DNA of 64,000 bases from NCBI GenBank assembly GCA_964247055.1, contig OZ176055.1, forward strand, positions 7,254,001 to 7,318,000, read 5' to 3'. Within the stretch, counting starts at the first letter, position 1. Every line of letters begins with the position of its first letter. The notes below the pieces were generated by a model that worked only from the letters and a program-made list of their open reading frames with translations, was not told the origin of the DNA and made no database searches. The position numbers and the translations under genes are program-made. The DNA is from Paragordius varius (taxonomy: Eukaryota; Animalia; Nematomorpha). Below, one piece after another: positions 48,708-63,064 of the stretch.

Positions 48708-51486
48708 TCAAACCTTTATTTTATTTTCATACAAAGCCAGGAGTAACATTATGGCCGTTCCAATCACCAAACCAGCCACGATTACCGCTAAACTCAGGGC
48801 TTCTCCCCATTTTTTAGGCGGTTCGATTTCTATAAAATCTTGAAGATCTTCATCATACTTTTTTTCTTGCCTTTTCAACTCATTTTTCCGAGGTATGCGG
48901 GAAATCTGTTTCTTAGGCTGCTGCTGAATAAATGAGTTTTGACCATTTTCTTGCTGATCACCTGATAAAGGTGGCATATTTTCATCGACCGAATATCGAT
49001 ATTTGCGGATAACTTCGGTAGTTTCTGTTTTTTGTCTTAACTCTGGTATCTAAAAATTATGGTGTAAATAAAGGATGTTTATTTAAAAATGCTAATAATA
49101 ATAAGAATATTTTTTGCTTTAAGTACTCAACACACGGTGCTAGAGTTTGGGCATTAAATATAGGAAAAATAAAATTTTTGGATACCGTTTATGAGCTTTT
49201 AGAATTGAATTAATGATATGTTCCGATTGGCAGAATAGCCAAAAAACTGAGGTGTTTTAAAAAATTTTCGTTATCAAATATTTAATTATCAGTAATATTT
49301 ATCTTAATATTTCATAAAATCCTTAATATAATATATATATAGATGGATATATATTTATACGCATTAGGTTAAATATTTATGGATATAATTAAAAACTATT
49401 TATAAAAAAAAACTGGTTAATTGAGATAATTGTTTTGGATATAAATATTTTTACCATGTTTGAAAGGGCCAAGTACAGAAACATGCCTGATATAATGCAA
49501 AATATCCAAGATTGCGGATCGTTGCCATCTTTCGTGGAACTATTTGTGAGTTGAGAAACCGTGTTAAGGTTCCCATTTTGCCGGAGTTGTGATATAATTA
49601 AACCCATTAAGCAACCAAGCAGAGCGCATAATATAAAGAAGCCATTAAAGGCTAAACTCAGTTTTTTCGATAATCCAGTTTGGGTTAAGAAAGCAAAATC
49701 GCCTATTAAATTATGCAAATTTGCGCATAAAATATAAGTTTTTTAACCATTATTTAAAAATATATTAATATATATATATATATATATATATATAAGTATC
49801 ATAATTTGTGATTTTACGTCGGTATTATAGTGTAATCGGTATGATAGATTTTAAAAATAAAAAAATTTTTCTTAAAAAATCAACCAATTTTAAAAGGTTC
49901 AATATAACTTAATAATGAAGATTAAATTTGAATATCCAATATTTACCCAATATGTGAGGAAATTCATGGCAGGAAATGGCAATGGTTGTACTTAAACCCG
50001 ATGTTATATTTCCACTATATGCCACAGCTATAATATAAAATAGTGAACATATTCTTTTCGGAAATTTTATTAAGTTATTATAAATTGCATTTCATTTATG
50101 GATGGCATAAAAGTTACCAATAGCTAATCCATCGAAGAAACTATGAAGTGCGTCTCCAATAATGCACGTCCAGGCATTTACAGAAATGCGCCTAGCTTGG
50201 CTGGCAGAAATCTTGTTGGATTTACCTATTTATTAAATTTTTTGATATTCAATTATATGGATAAAAAGTGGTAATTTACCAGAAAGTAAGCCTTTTTCTA
50301 CATCTCTCTCCTTTTGAATGGTTGAGTATTCAGGATCTTTCGGTTTATGACTAGACATAGAACTAACCAAACTCATAAATTTTTCGAATAGAAAAAGTGC
50401 AATTATCATTGCCATAACCACAAAACTTTTCCAAACAATGCGGGTTTGAATGGTCCGGACATAATTGATATTATCTTTAGCGGGTAAGGGCTGATATATG
50501 GCCTTTGAAATTATATATGCAGATGCATTAAATAAAAAGGCATATTTATCGTTTCTTTCTTTTTTATTAAAGAGGAACTAGAACACATGAAAGGTTTAAC
50601 ACAAGCCCGCCCAGGATTGACAGGGAAAGAAAAATTGTGCAGTTCAGTATTCTTCAAACTCCAGCCTACTCTGTTAATTGTAAAAAGTCCGACGCCTTCT
50701 CTGCTATACCACTACGCCTTCAAATTTAAAATGGAACCAAATTACAATTTGAAATCTTAGAAAAAACTGAAAAATTTCGAAACCCCTTAAATCGAGAACT
50801 AAAGTTCTTTAAATTAAACAATGTTTTTCACTGGGAGGGTCAAAAATATTTTTGTTGTCAAATAGGTTTGTTTGATTGTGACACTCAATGTTTTTCCGAA
50901 AATAAATATATGTTTAATAGATTCAATTCAAGAAATGTTATTAAATAGATTTTTAGTTGTGGCCTTTGTTTTAAGCTTTAAGTTTTAAACTATTCGCTTC
51001 TTCATACAAACATATTATATACAGTATGTGCAGGTCAATTTAACAAAAAGTAAAAGAAATGGAAGAAATATGGCTAAAATTCATTCAAAAATAAAGAAAG
51101 ATACTTGTGGCATTAAATGCATGATAGCGTCTCCAGCTAACGAAGCAACCGCAAGCGACACACAAAATTGAGAAATCAATTTATTTCGCGTGCTTATATT
51201 CCGCTTTGGCTTCTCAGATTGTCCAGGTAACGAAGTAGATGGTTTTTCATGTTTTGGATGAAACCGTTTTTCTTTTGTTGCCCGAATATATATGAATAGA
51301 GCAATCAAACCAATGGCCCATATCAAGAGAATTGAGGAGAAGGCATAAATCCAAACTGATTTGTCACAAAAATGGAATGATATATATATTATAAAATAAA
51401 TTTAGACTATATCAAATAAGATTTACTTGTATAATTCATGGGTGTTTTAAAGGTAATTACATATTCAAATAATGAAAGTATTATTA
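48708..51486 (-). CDS. ZIP (SLC39) metal transporter, LIV-1 subfamily; 5' end unresolved
   Basis: Exons 51355-51105, 50502-50280, 50225-50118, 50027-49947, 49702-49455, 49049-48708 are in phase; 51486-51427 is tentative. Motifs SLAVASLAGDAIMHLMPQ, GDALHSFFDGLAIG, CHEFPHILGDFAFL, GMFLYLALSNMIPEL. Confidence 0.88.
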
Positions 51487-53239
51487 CTAATTGAAGTTTT
51501 TTATATTAATTAATTGATAATTAAATCGTTAAAGATGTGCAAATTAATACTACAATGAAGATAAGACTAATTCGTATTTTGTTAAAACTCTATCAAGCGT
51601 GCAAAAACGTATACCTTGAAGCAAAGAACGGTGAAAACCCTATTTATAATTCGAAGAACATAAATATTTATCATAGGGTTAAGCTTTTTATCATTAATTT
51701 TTAAATTTTTACAAATTTAAATAGTTCTAGTCACCCAAAAATATTGGCAATTTCGGCTATGCCGAAATGATCGACCCCTTTGTCTACAAAAATTATTTTT
51801 TAGGAATCTTAATACGATATTTATGATTGAATATTATAAAACTTAAAACGTTTAACTTAACATGCAAGGAAGGATCAGTATATTCGTTAATTATACATAT
51901 TTTTTTTCAAAAATATGTAATTAAGTGTTTAATCATTATCTTTATAATGTAAAATAATGTCCTCACAATAGCATATAATTTAAGCAAAATCATATAACAT
52001 TATAACCTTTAATAAATTATTCGCAGACTGGTTAGCAATATTGAGTTATGTTAATTAATTTGCATTTTATAGTCATGATAAAAGTAATATCTGTCTGTCC
52101 TTAGTGTAAATAATATAAATAATTTTAAGTCTAAGGTCATCTATTTCATACTTTTTTAACTTTTTATTTATCATTTTTTGATTATTACAAAATGAAATTT
52201 TACCACTCTTTACAGCTAATATTAATTCTTTTGATACTTTTTGTTTTAGAATGGAAAACCTCGGATTCACATGTAATATTATCATCTACAATCCATTCTG
52301 CGTCAATGGATGGACCACAAGCTATAAAAAATAGGGCAGTAGAAAATATTCGTAAGATAAAACTTCAACCCCCTAGAAATTTTTGGGATCGGTATTTCAA
52401 TGCCGTCGGAAATGCTCAAATATTATTCTAAAAGTGTAATTATTGTTATCTGACATTTTTATTTTCAATTTTTATATGTGACTTTTCTTTTTTTATATAA
52501 ATGATGTGTCCGTTAAATAAATTATAAATGTATTACATTTCTATACTAAAAAGTTTTATATATATATATAGGCATTAAAAGTCTGTGATACTAAAAATTT
52601 TTTTTTGGAAAAATGGCCACTGGATATTAATTACTTTAGAAATTTAATGATAAAAAATTTCTATGACTATTTAATTATGACCGATTTTATCGTATTTTAG
52701 GAGTATTTCTCACCGGAAATGTATTTCCAAAATTACAGCTTCCGGTTTTTCTGTTTGGATCCAAGACGGTTTCTACAAATCGAGAACCGTTCTAAAATTG
52801 ATTATCTGAGTATCTCATGCCTACCATTGTCTCACAAACTTGATAAAGCGTTTAAAATTAAATAAATTCGATAAAACATTGAATGAAATATAATACAATA
52901 TCAAATGAATGATTAATGCCGATTAATATTAGTTCTATGTTTAAGAAAAACACTTAAAAAATCCATTAAATTGAGTCAATTTTTCAAAAACTTCATTTTT
53001 TTTAGATATACTAAAAATGTTGTATGTTTACATAAATTTTATATCAAAATAAGGAAATTTATAAACATCCTTTCACACCTATCATATTTTTTAGATTTAT
53101 ATTTAAATATAGAATAAGAGTTTCCTTAATTATTTAGACTAAAGACAAATGTAAAAATTAGAGCCTATATAATTAGAATTGATTTATAAACGGTATAAAT
53201 GTTAACCAATCCGTTGCTTATAAAGCTTTACATCATCAA

Positions 53240-54700
53240 TAAGTCGTTGTTTATCCACCATGTGCTAGCTTCCATATTTTTGAGCGAAATAACTTGCGAT
53301 CGAGACAGTCGTCTTTGATCAAATGAGTTAAGTTTAAGTCATGGCTGATGGTTTTCCCAATCATGATATGGTCTGCCTCGTCTTAAATTGCCGATCGGAT
53401 GAAAGGTTCTAATTTTATTATTCCAGCCATTTAAGCGTTCAATGTGGTCCCAGTACCTGAGACGATTTGCTAAAAGAAGACAGAGGTATGATAAGAAACA
53501 GACTATGTATGCTTTTATTATTATTTGTTTTATCATTGTGGTACTGATTGGTGAGACATGAGTTGAGGATTTTTCTTTTTATTTCACATAATTTATTTTC
53601 ATTAGTTTGATTTATGGGCCAACATTCGCTAGCAAATGTGAAGGCAGGGCGAATGGCAATGGTGTAGATTTTCCCCTTGTTTGGGTTTGAAATGTGATTG
53701 TGTTTTATTTATACTTGAGATGATGGAATTTGGCCCAAGCTTGATGTGTTCGTGTTGTTATGGCGTTTTTATTATTGATATCAGCTGCTATTGTGTCACC
53801 CAGGTAATTGTACTTGTTTACTATCTCGATGTTTATAGATGGGAGGTAGATAGTTTGTGCGGGATTATTTGGGTTTATATCTGGTGTTGCACAAGCTTTA
53901 CATACAAAATTTTCAATGCCTAATAAACTTCCTTTAATTTGAGAGCACTTTTTAGGATCCACAGCTGGCATTTAGTGCATTTGATGGAATTAAATTTCAC
54001 TTCAGAGTGAGAAATGGAGCAAGGGAATTTTATTATAGGTGCAGGTGAGCGTCTTATTAAAGCCTTTGTTTTATCTGTGTTAATTTTGAGGTCAAATTTT
54101 TCTAACGTAGAATTCCAAAAGGTTATATTTGTTGATGATGGCTGTTTCGCTGGTGGCTGTTAGTATTATGTCGTCAAGGTACATCATCTCGAAGGGTAAA
54201 TTTGTTTTTATATTATCAGTTATTTCCATAATAATAATCAACAGTGATGAACTGAGGATGAAGCCCTGGTGTCCGACAGTTACTGGAAATTGATTGGTAT
54301 CACCCACGAGAGTTTTCACGCAACAGTGGTGTTCTCATATAGTAAGCTTATTATTTTTATTATCCATTCAGGACTTTCTTTTTTTCGTAACGCAAATGTC
54401 ATCATGGACCGCGAGATGCAGTCGAATGCACGGCTTAAATCAATAAAAATAGATATAAGGCTTGTTTAATAAGAATGAATATGGCGTCAAAGGTGCTGAT
54501 ACTCTGTTGGAAACCGAATTGGGTTTCGTCACTCAAGCAAAGTTGACGTATTTTCCTTTCTATTATAATTTCAAATAATTTGGTTGCGTGTTCAAGTAAT
54601 TTTAATGGTCTGTAGGAGGCGCAGTTAAGCATGTCGCCTTTGTTTTGATTTAAGAGAACGAACAAATGGTTCTGCTTAAACCGCGCTCTCATCAAAACAA
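53240..54700 (-). mobile_element. Decayed 5'-truncated RTE-type LINE (RT, Cys-rich finger, thumb, 3' end)
   Basis: CASYRPLKLLEHATKLFE...QFGFQ, MYLDDIIL, SIKCTKCQLWI...KKCS...FVCKAC, KYNYLGDTI...TRTHQAWAKF, NRLRYWDHIER...RRGRP; several frameshifts. Confidence 0.9.
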
Positions 54701-54827
54701 TGTGTAATAATACAAATCTATAAGGTGGTCACAAGGACTTAAATGATAAAAAATTATAATTTAATATAATAATCATAATTAACAATATTGCAAATCAATT
54801 GTATGTATCACAAAATAAAATCTAATA

Positions 54828-57800
54828 TTATGGCTTTAGTCGTTTTCGTTTGGAATTTGTGGTTTTAACATGGCACACCTCACAATCTAATCCAATACTC
54901 TTCATGTAATCAAGCCACAAAGTTTGCTTTTGGGAAAGTTTATCGCCTGGCCCTTTAACCTCTATAGTCTATTAGAATAGAAAAATACATATATATGTAT
55001 CACATATATATAATCCAAAATTTATAATGGCCAAATAAATACAGTTAAAATTGAAATTATATGGACAAAACGTAAAAATATAAAGACAAATATTTTTTTG
55101 TAAAAGACAACCAAACTTTTTGAATCTTAATTTTTATAATCATTGTTTCAAACTATATAGTAGGAAATAAAGATGTAAATTGATAACACAATCACTTATG
55201 TATTATACGATTGTAATTAAATTATTTTAATAGGAAAAATTAGGGTTTGAAAAAGTATGGTTGTCTTTTAAAATATTTGTGGCTTTATAATTTTACGTTT
55301 TATCCATATAATTTCAATTTTTCTTTAATTATCATTTTTAGAAAGATGATAAAATATATATTTGTGCTCACTTTTAATTTATTGATTTTCGTATTCCAAA
55401 CCACCAAGTCTGGCCATCCGCTCCTATAATGTCTATGATCCTTCAAATATCTTTCGGCTAACATAGCAAGCCGATAGGCACCAAGACAGCGAGTTATATC
55501 TAAAGCTGTTTTCCGTGCATTAGGAGAATGTAATTCCCCAAAAATGGCCCAATCTAAACCGGGAAACGTGACTGGGGCGCTCATCTCTAGCATAGAAACA
55601 AAAAATTACACTAATTAACCCTCTTGTAATGAGTTTTTTAAAACACAAAGCCTAAAAACGAATTAGATCTGCAGATCATCCTGTAGATTCCCGATTTTAA
55701 ATTAATGTAATTGTACAATGTTAATTATACCTTCCTAGACCCTTACTAGTTTGTGGGATTATGCTCTTATTATGAGCTAATTATAAAAAAATATTAATTT
55801 CATCTTAAATAAAAATATAATTTTATAGAAAAGGGTCATGATAAATTCCCAAATTAGCAAGCTCATAATGGGGGATTCACTGTATATTTAAAAATTATAC
55901 CCTATTTATTTTTAAATTTTTCCTTACTTTTTTTCGAGGGTGATTTTGGAGATGGATTGAGAATTGTCTCTTCATGCTGTGTGCCACATAAAAATTCCCA
56001 TTTGTTTGTAATGAGATCCGTTAAATATTGTGTTGCTATCTCACATGCATAATAATAATATTAATTAGATATAAATGCTGATTAATTAAAAAAAGGAAGG
56101 GATAAACGATTTCATAAACGTTTTATGATTATGTTAAATATATTTTATATTATAATAATTTACAAATTTATATAAGGACAAAATATTAATAATAAAACTG
56201 TTTTTTACAAAGTAAACCACATTATCACTTATTTTTTTTAAATTATTTCCTATCGTTTAAATGAGTGGTACTCCAACAGTGGCCCTAAAAGTGCTTTAAT
56301 GGCCATAAATTATATAATTAATTTTTTTGATGTACTTATTTTGGATATAAATATATGGAAAATTTTTATCGGTAATATATATGCTGCACGGTTTTTGAGA
56401 CATAAATATTTTTTTTAGGTCAGTTAGATTTTTTAATGAGTACCATTGGATTTAAATTGTGAACTAAAGATGTAAATTGATACTTAATTTTATAAAATTT
56501 AAACCATAAAGATTTTAAAAAAAACAAAATAAATAAATATGGTTTTCATAAAATCAGTATTTTTTTTTACTCTTTATATGCGTTTTATAATTTTATTGTA
56601 TAAAATTAATAAATACATGTCATATCTCCACCACAAGTTTCTAAAGTCGATGGGATGGTTTGCTTAAGTTTTTGAAGTTTAACCTCAAATTGCGAAGCAC
56701 GTGACTTAAAAAATGAGTCCGAACCCCAATCCAAGGGGCAAGTTTGCAGAGGGTATCTATATGCATCTGGTATGTCAGATAACCAAATTTCATCCCAAAA
56801 CGCTAGGATTATGAGTGAAGTAAACACTGAACCTTCGCAATGAACACCTAAAGATGGATGAAAAAAGTTAAAAGGCAATAGTATTTATATAATATATATA
56901 TATATATACCATTTACAATTCCAATTCCCCCTTGAACAATTCAAATTCACCCTAAAAATAAATTATGTGTTTTTGGGCTGCTAATATAACTCATCATTAA
57001 TATGCAATATCATAATTCATTACTTTTTCAGCATTATATTAATTTTAAACAGAATTTCATATTTTAAAAATATTAAAAATAAAGGTAATTTTAATGTGGA
57101 AAAACACATAATTTATTTTAGGGTGAATTCGAATTGTTCGAGGATGAATTTGAATCGTTCAAGGGATTTAAATTATTCAAGGGTGAATTTGAACTGTAAA
57201 CGGTATAATATGTATTGATAAAATGGATATAGAGAGTAATTAAAACTATCATTGACCATTTCGGTATTTTGATTGGCTAAAAGAAAATTGATTTACATGT
57301 GGGTTGGTATGTTTTGCATTTTAAAATTTTATTAGTTACAATAAAATTATTAACATGATCTTATATTGCGAACATGTGCCCCTGTATTTTTCTCTATAAT
57401 TTCGATTATGTGCGTTACTATAAAAAAAATCATAGATACTAATTGACATTTAAAACCCGTTTTTACCAATTAATATAAAATGGTTATAGAGTTCTCGTTA
57501 CTGTATTTAAGAAATAAAAGGAACATTAATTTGGTTACTATATATATTGCTCATTCTAATCATGCCACTACGATCGAAAACATTTGTCATTTCCCATTTT
57601 TACCAAAGCACTAGATTTATAATTTTAGCTATAATACTCAATTTTAAAATAAGGAGTTAAAACAATAAGAGTGAAGAAAAAACCAACTTTAAGCGAATAA
57701 TTTTGCTTTGTAAATGGGGGGGGGGGGGGGGAATTTACAATAAAAACTAGCAATGTTAGACTCATACTTTCAATTGGTAAATTTTTTAAAATTTTATACC

Positions 57801-58119
57801 TGACGTAAATCCTTCATTATCGAGGTAATGTTGCAGGGCTATGGTTTCAACATTACATAAGGTAGTAGATATGGTCAAAATTTCTCTTTCACATTCTTCA
57901 TTACCATTGGGGGGTAAATCAAATTCGTCTCTTGATTATAATTTAATAGTGAATATAATATAAGGGAGTAAAATTAATTATAGTTATAGACCGTGTATGA
58001 AAATAGGATAAAAACGCTATAAAAAAAGACAAAAGTGCTTATTATCTCGCTGGATTAAAATATTAATTCTCTCTTGGTAATGAAATTTATTCAGATATTT
58101 TTTAACAACACTTAAGATG

Positions 58120-58156
<37 letters not shown>

Positions 58157-60213
58157 AAAGATTCAATTATTATGCTTATATGTTTCGATATCCTCAAGTT
58201 AAAAAACTAAAAAAAGATTACACGTCTATGCTTAGTTTCCTTTGGCTAAAGGTAGTGGTTTTAGCCATTTTAGAAGACGTTGAAATATAAACCGACTTTC
58301 CAGCCAAGGCATTATCGGGTTTGGGTAGTAGCTTTCCAGATATAGTAGTCTAACAAAAATTTAATTTTTATTTAACGATTTTGCATATTATATTAGGTTT
58401 TGAAATGGAAAATACCGATGGTATATGATTGAGAGTAATATCTAAATCCGGTTCAATTAAAATTGGTTGAGTCGCAATATCTTTAATGGCACCGGTTTTA
58501 TATTTATCCATGAGGGATATGTAACGATCATATACGGCTTTACGATGAGCCCCACGAACATTGGAATCAGATAATGCTTCTTTGGTAATTTCCAACGCCT
58601 ATGAAAATTAAAATTTTTATTCTAAAAGCATAATTATATTAATTAAACTTGATAATTTTACTAAAGCACCATTGAGTATTTATATGCATCAATAGAAAAA
58701 TGATTAATATTAGAATGATTAATATTTTAACTTTCTTTTCTAATCATTACAATTGAATAATGGTGCAAAGTCGTAATATCTTTGCATTTTTATACAACTT
58801 TATCCTAACAAAACTTAGTATCCTGTTCATTCTAAAGAATCAAGTTTTTAATTCAGGATAATAGATATTATTAGTTTAGCAACTAACCCTTTTCCCGTTT
58901 CTCAGATGTCGATCTGTGATAAGAGCAAGCCGGACCCACCAATAACCTCGACGAGATGCCGATATACTTGGCCATTGAAGTAAAAATTGGGTAAGTTGCG
59001 CTGCTAATTCATAATCCCTGAGTTTGCAAGCGGTTTCTGCCGCCAGCGAAATTATGCGAAGGAAAATGCTCAATGCTGTATAACGTCTTAGAAACGCTGG
59101 GAGAGCATTTATACGCTCTATTTCAGTTGCTATAAGACTAACACTAGTATTGGTTGATTCTAGACATGTTTGAATGGAGTTTAAAATATGTGGTATATTA
59201 TTTGTTAAATTGAATTTAGCTTGTTTTAAAGTTTGTTTTAAATTGCTATCATCAACCATAATTTCTTCTATATCGGAATCTTGTTGGGTCGGTTGAGAAA
59301 AAACTTTGATCTGATGACTATTTGTGGTCTGGCCAACGAGAGGTATTTCATAAAATTTAGCAATCAATTCCAACGCACATGTTAAAGTAGCCAAAATATT
59401 TGGGTACATTTTCTTTTCAAACTTTTCTAGCGCTGAATCATAAAGTTGTAGCAATACAAAAAATCGGTCAAATACATCGAGGGAGGGGAAAACTACCGAA
59501 TTTTTTGTATGATTAATTTCGTAACAAGGGAATGAAAGGTTACCTATTTTAGCTTGTAACATTGTGTAAAAAATATTTTTTCTTTCTTCCAATTTTTCAT
59601 ATAAAGTGTTGGGTAAGCAGTAAAACACAAGGGTTTTGAGAAATAGATTTTTAACATTTTCAGGTATCCTGTATAGTAAATTGTTTGATTTTAAGCATCT
59701 AATATATATAAATGGTTTTAACTTTTCTAATATTATGTCTTTCAAACTCTTTTTCTGAGAAAAATATACAGGTTTAGATATAGTTTGGATTATGTGTTTT
59801 ATCAATATGTGCTTGGATTTATTTGGTTTTTCTAAGGGAAATGTTTGTTTGTAAATTTGATGAATAAATTCTACTTTTTGTTCTTGCAAGGCAATTTGAA
59901 TATCATCATTTTTAACTAAATGTTATAATTAAAACTTACATGTTTCAAAAAAACCAAAATGGCACAATTCATTGGCATATTTCACATAATCCGTAAAATA
60001 TGAATTAAGTGATTCCTTGTTATACCAAATTTTCTTTCTGCTAAAGATGCGTAAAAATATAATTTGACTCGGCTTTGTTAAATCAACAAATTTATCTAGA
60101 TAATCGATAGACCCATGAAAACATGATTTGAATTCATTAGATTGTTTTAAATTTTTAATAATTTCCAAAAAACTTTCTAAAAAATAGGGATCATATTTTT
60201 GATCGTCGTTCAT
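54828..60213 (-). CDS. FAN1: Fanconi-associated nuclease 1 (TPR plus VRR-NUC)
   Basis: Exons 60213-59940, 59915-58888, 58598-58377, 58349-~58224, ~57930-57800, 56847-56617, 56035-55928, 55586-55372, 54968-54828. Motifs PYFLESF, RRGYWWVRLAL, LCNVETIALQHY, GVHCEGS, RSGWPDLVVWN, IEVKGPGDKLSQKQTLWL. The junction between ~58224 and ~57930 is not resolved. Confidence 0.9.
56909..57203. mobile_element. TA-flanked MITE with CCATTTACA ends (copy 3 of 3), FAN1 intron
   Basis: Long imperfect inverted arms; TA flanks; internal segment ttatattaattttaaaca shared with copy 1. Confidence 0.78.
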
Positions 60214-63064
60214 ATAATAATTTCATGTAATCATGCTGTGTATTTAACAAATCTGTTAGTCTACTTTCAACAGAAAATATAAAAACCTAATTTAAGATTT
60301 ATCATGTATAATATGACTAAAAAATATTTATTCTGTAAAATTCTCATAACAAAATTAATTGTAAGTATATATTTGTAAATTGGCGAATGTAGGAATCGAA
60401 TTATTTAAGGGTAAAAGTTTATTTAAATTGCAAACACAATCTTATATACTTTAAAAATGCGCATAGAGTTATTTAGCCGTTTGAAATTAGTTATGCAGTT
60501 TGCTAGATCCTGGGTAAAGATGTTTTATGAAATAGAGGTCCCCATATTTGAGCACGTTTCTAAAAAACGCGTAGATCCATTCAGTATCAAAAATAATTTT
60601 TTATTTTTGTAAGCCGAATTTTACATATTAATCCCCTCCCTCCTAAAAAATGGGGTTTTTACAAAAAGTTTCCTGAGGGGGCACATTTGACTTAAAAATT
60701 GGATTTTTTCCGCGATTTAAACTTTTATTAGGCGCTCGATTGAGAACACCACTTTAATAATGTGGCTTTTGTATAAAGGTCTCTGAGCATATCTATCATA
60801 AAATATATTAACTTAATTTTTATTCTATTTTTATAATGCTGCAAGATGACTATTTCATTTTTTGAATCGCCCATCAACTGACCCCCCGTCTATGTTTTTA
60901 AAAAGATAATTTAAGCCAATTTTCGGGAAAGCGTGAGTAAATTTAATTTTAAAATGGATTTTTAATAATTATGTGGGTGTGACAGAGCCATCTTTGAAAC
61001 ACTCTTAATAATTCATAGTCCGGAATCGGGTTTTTAAACAATTCGTATACAGACAATTTTCCTGAAAACGTATGGGCTATTTTTTTCATAAGTTAAATTT
61101 GATTCATAAATGTGCCGAGCTTAGCAGAACCTTTTTTATATTAGCACATTAAATCATCCCCACGATAAAATATTGAATTTAAAGCAGTGGAATGTGCATA
61201 TGAATTTAAAAAAAAAGTCATTTTTAAATGTGCCGAGGGTGATTCGGCTATTTTTTCAATAAGCCCCTCCCCCTATTCGTGAAAATGGGGTTTTAAGCAA
61301 ATATTGATAATAATACTTTACCTTTTCTTTTGTAGACAACTACACTTTGGAATAGTTTTGTTCAGTTTAACTAAAACCACTATTTTTAGACCTCCTTTGG
61401 TTAAATATTAAACATTGTTCTTCTGTGATAAAAATCCTATCGTATCCAAAATTGAAGCTCTAAGACCCTATTGAAACAAACAGCTAATTTAAAAATTTTT
61501 ATCAAAAATTTGCTGCTTAAAAGCTTTCTAATGCATTAATCCCATAATACACATTCATTTGCGAGTTGTGAAAACGATCTGAATAATATATAAATAAAGA
61601 GCTGCATTTGAGATAAGGATATTAATTTTTTTGTAACATGCGCATTAAAAAAAGAAGGTATATTTTTTTTTAAATTTTGCCCAATAAGAATGCTTTTTAA
61701 TTTTTTAATTATTTAAAAATGCACTGGGATGCAAATATACCACAAATACTTTATAGTCGAATTTTTAACTATTGTAGTACCGTAAATTAGGTTTAATGTA
61801 CTTTAGAAAAACAGTAACAAAAATAATTTGATAAGTATATTTTGCAAATATCCTTTAGGCAAATTTTTTTGCGCTTATGTTAAATTCAAAAGAGACTTGG
61901 AACTTTTATAAAATTACAATTTAATATCAAATATTTTTGGCTTATTGCAAAAATTACTAAAATCAGAGTGTGTCAAATTTGGGTTCTCAAAAGAATTTAG
62001 GGCCTGGGCCATATTAGAATAAATTCAAAAAACCAAAAAATATAAAAACAGCAGTTTTAGAAGAGAAAATGCATTGTAACTGTAAACTTATTAAATAATC
62101 CTTATAAATGTCCAAAAATGCCTTAAACTTTGTTTTTAATCTTTGGACTTTCGAAATTATAAGCCTCCTTAAGGAAATAAATTATTGATGAGAATGTAAT
62201 TTTTTTAAAAAACGAAAAACTTTAAAATGGCTGTTTTGAATGACATAAAAGTAATAAATTAGTGTTTCAAAGATAAAAACTCTCTTGAGTTATCTTTTTT
62301 GGACATTCCTTGCCATCTAGACAAAGTTTAAGCTATTTTCATCCATTAGTTTAAAAATATATTAATTACGAAAAACGCTCTCGCTTCGCAGGTTTGTCGC
62401 TTCCTATGTCCAATATTAACTATCGATGTAAATAAAACATATTAGTATGCATTTTATAGAGTTTTTATTACTCTTACGAATGATATATTACCGGGCATTT
62501 GTTGTATATCAAAGAAAAACATTTTGTTATAATTTTTATTTCAGATTTACTGTTAGGATGATAGTAAATATCAGAAAATGCCTAAAACTCGAGTAGCAGA
62601 AAAAATTGTTGTCTGTAGTTATAGGTTGTTTAATCCATTTTTAATAAAGATAACTTAACAGCCTTTAACACAGTTACTATTTTTTTTAAACACTAACTTT
62701 CGATGATGCAAGCATTCCTCTCTATATTATTTGTAGCTTTTTTCCTCGATTAGAGCTTTTTTACGATAGTACAAATAAGGGGTTGGAGGTAACTAAGAAT
62801 GCACTCATGACAATCAGGCCTTTAAATACCAGTTAAAAGCTTTCAATTATATAATTTTATAATATACTAGCGTAAATCTCGGGCTGCTACGCGAGGAAGT
62901 CCTTCAGACTTCTTAGGGGGGTTTATTGAAAAAAGGGATCAACAAAATTGTGGTCCATATATGTAGATTATTTCGAAACATTATTTAATAGTTATGATCT
63001 CATAGGATTTTAAAAACGGTGCTTCATAGAATACTATGCATTCATACTAATATATTGTTTACTG

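Noticed and set aside
51090-51104. ZIP donor GTATCTTTC as U12-type
   Set aside because: Imperfect donor and no U12 branch site near the acceptor.
58207-58223. Possible 17-nt GT-AG intron in FAN1
   Set aside because: Splicing it leads into a (TA)n repeat and a stop, with no FAN1 similarity.
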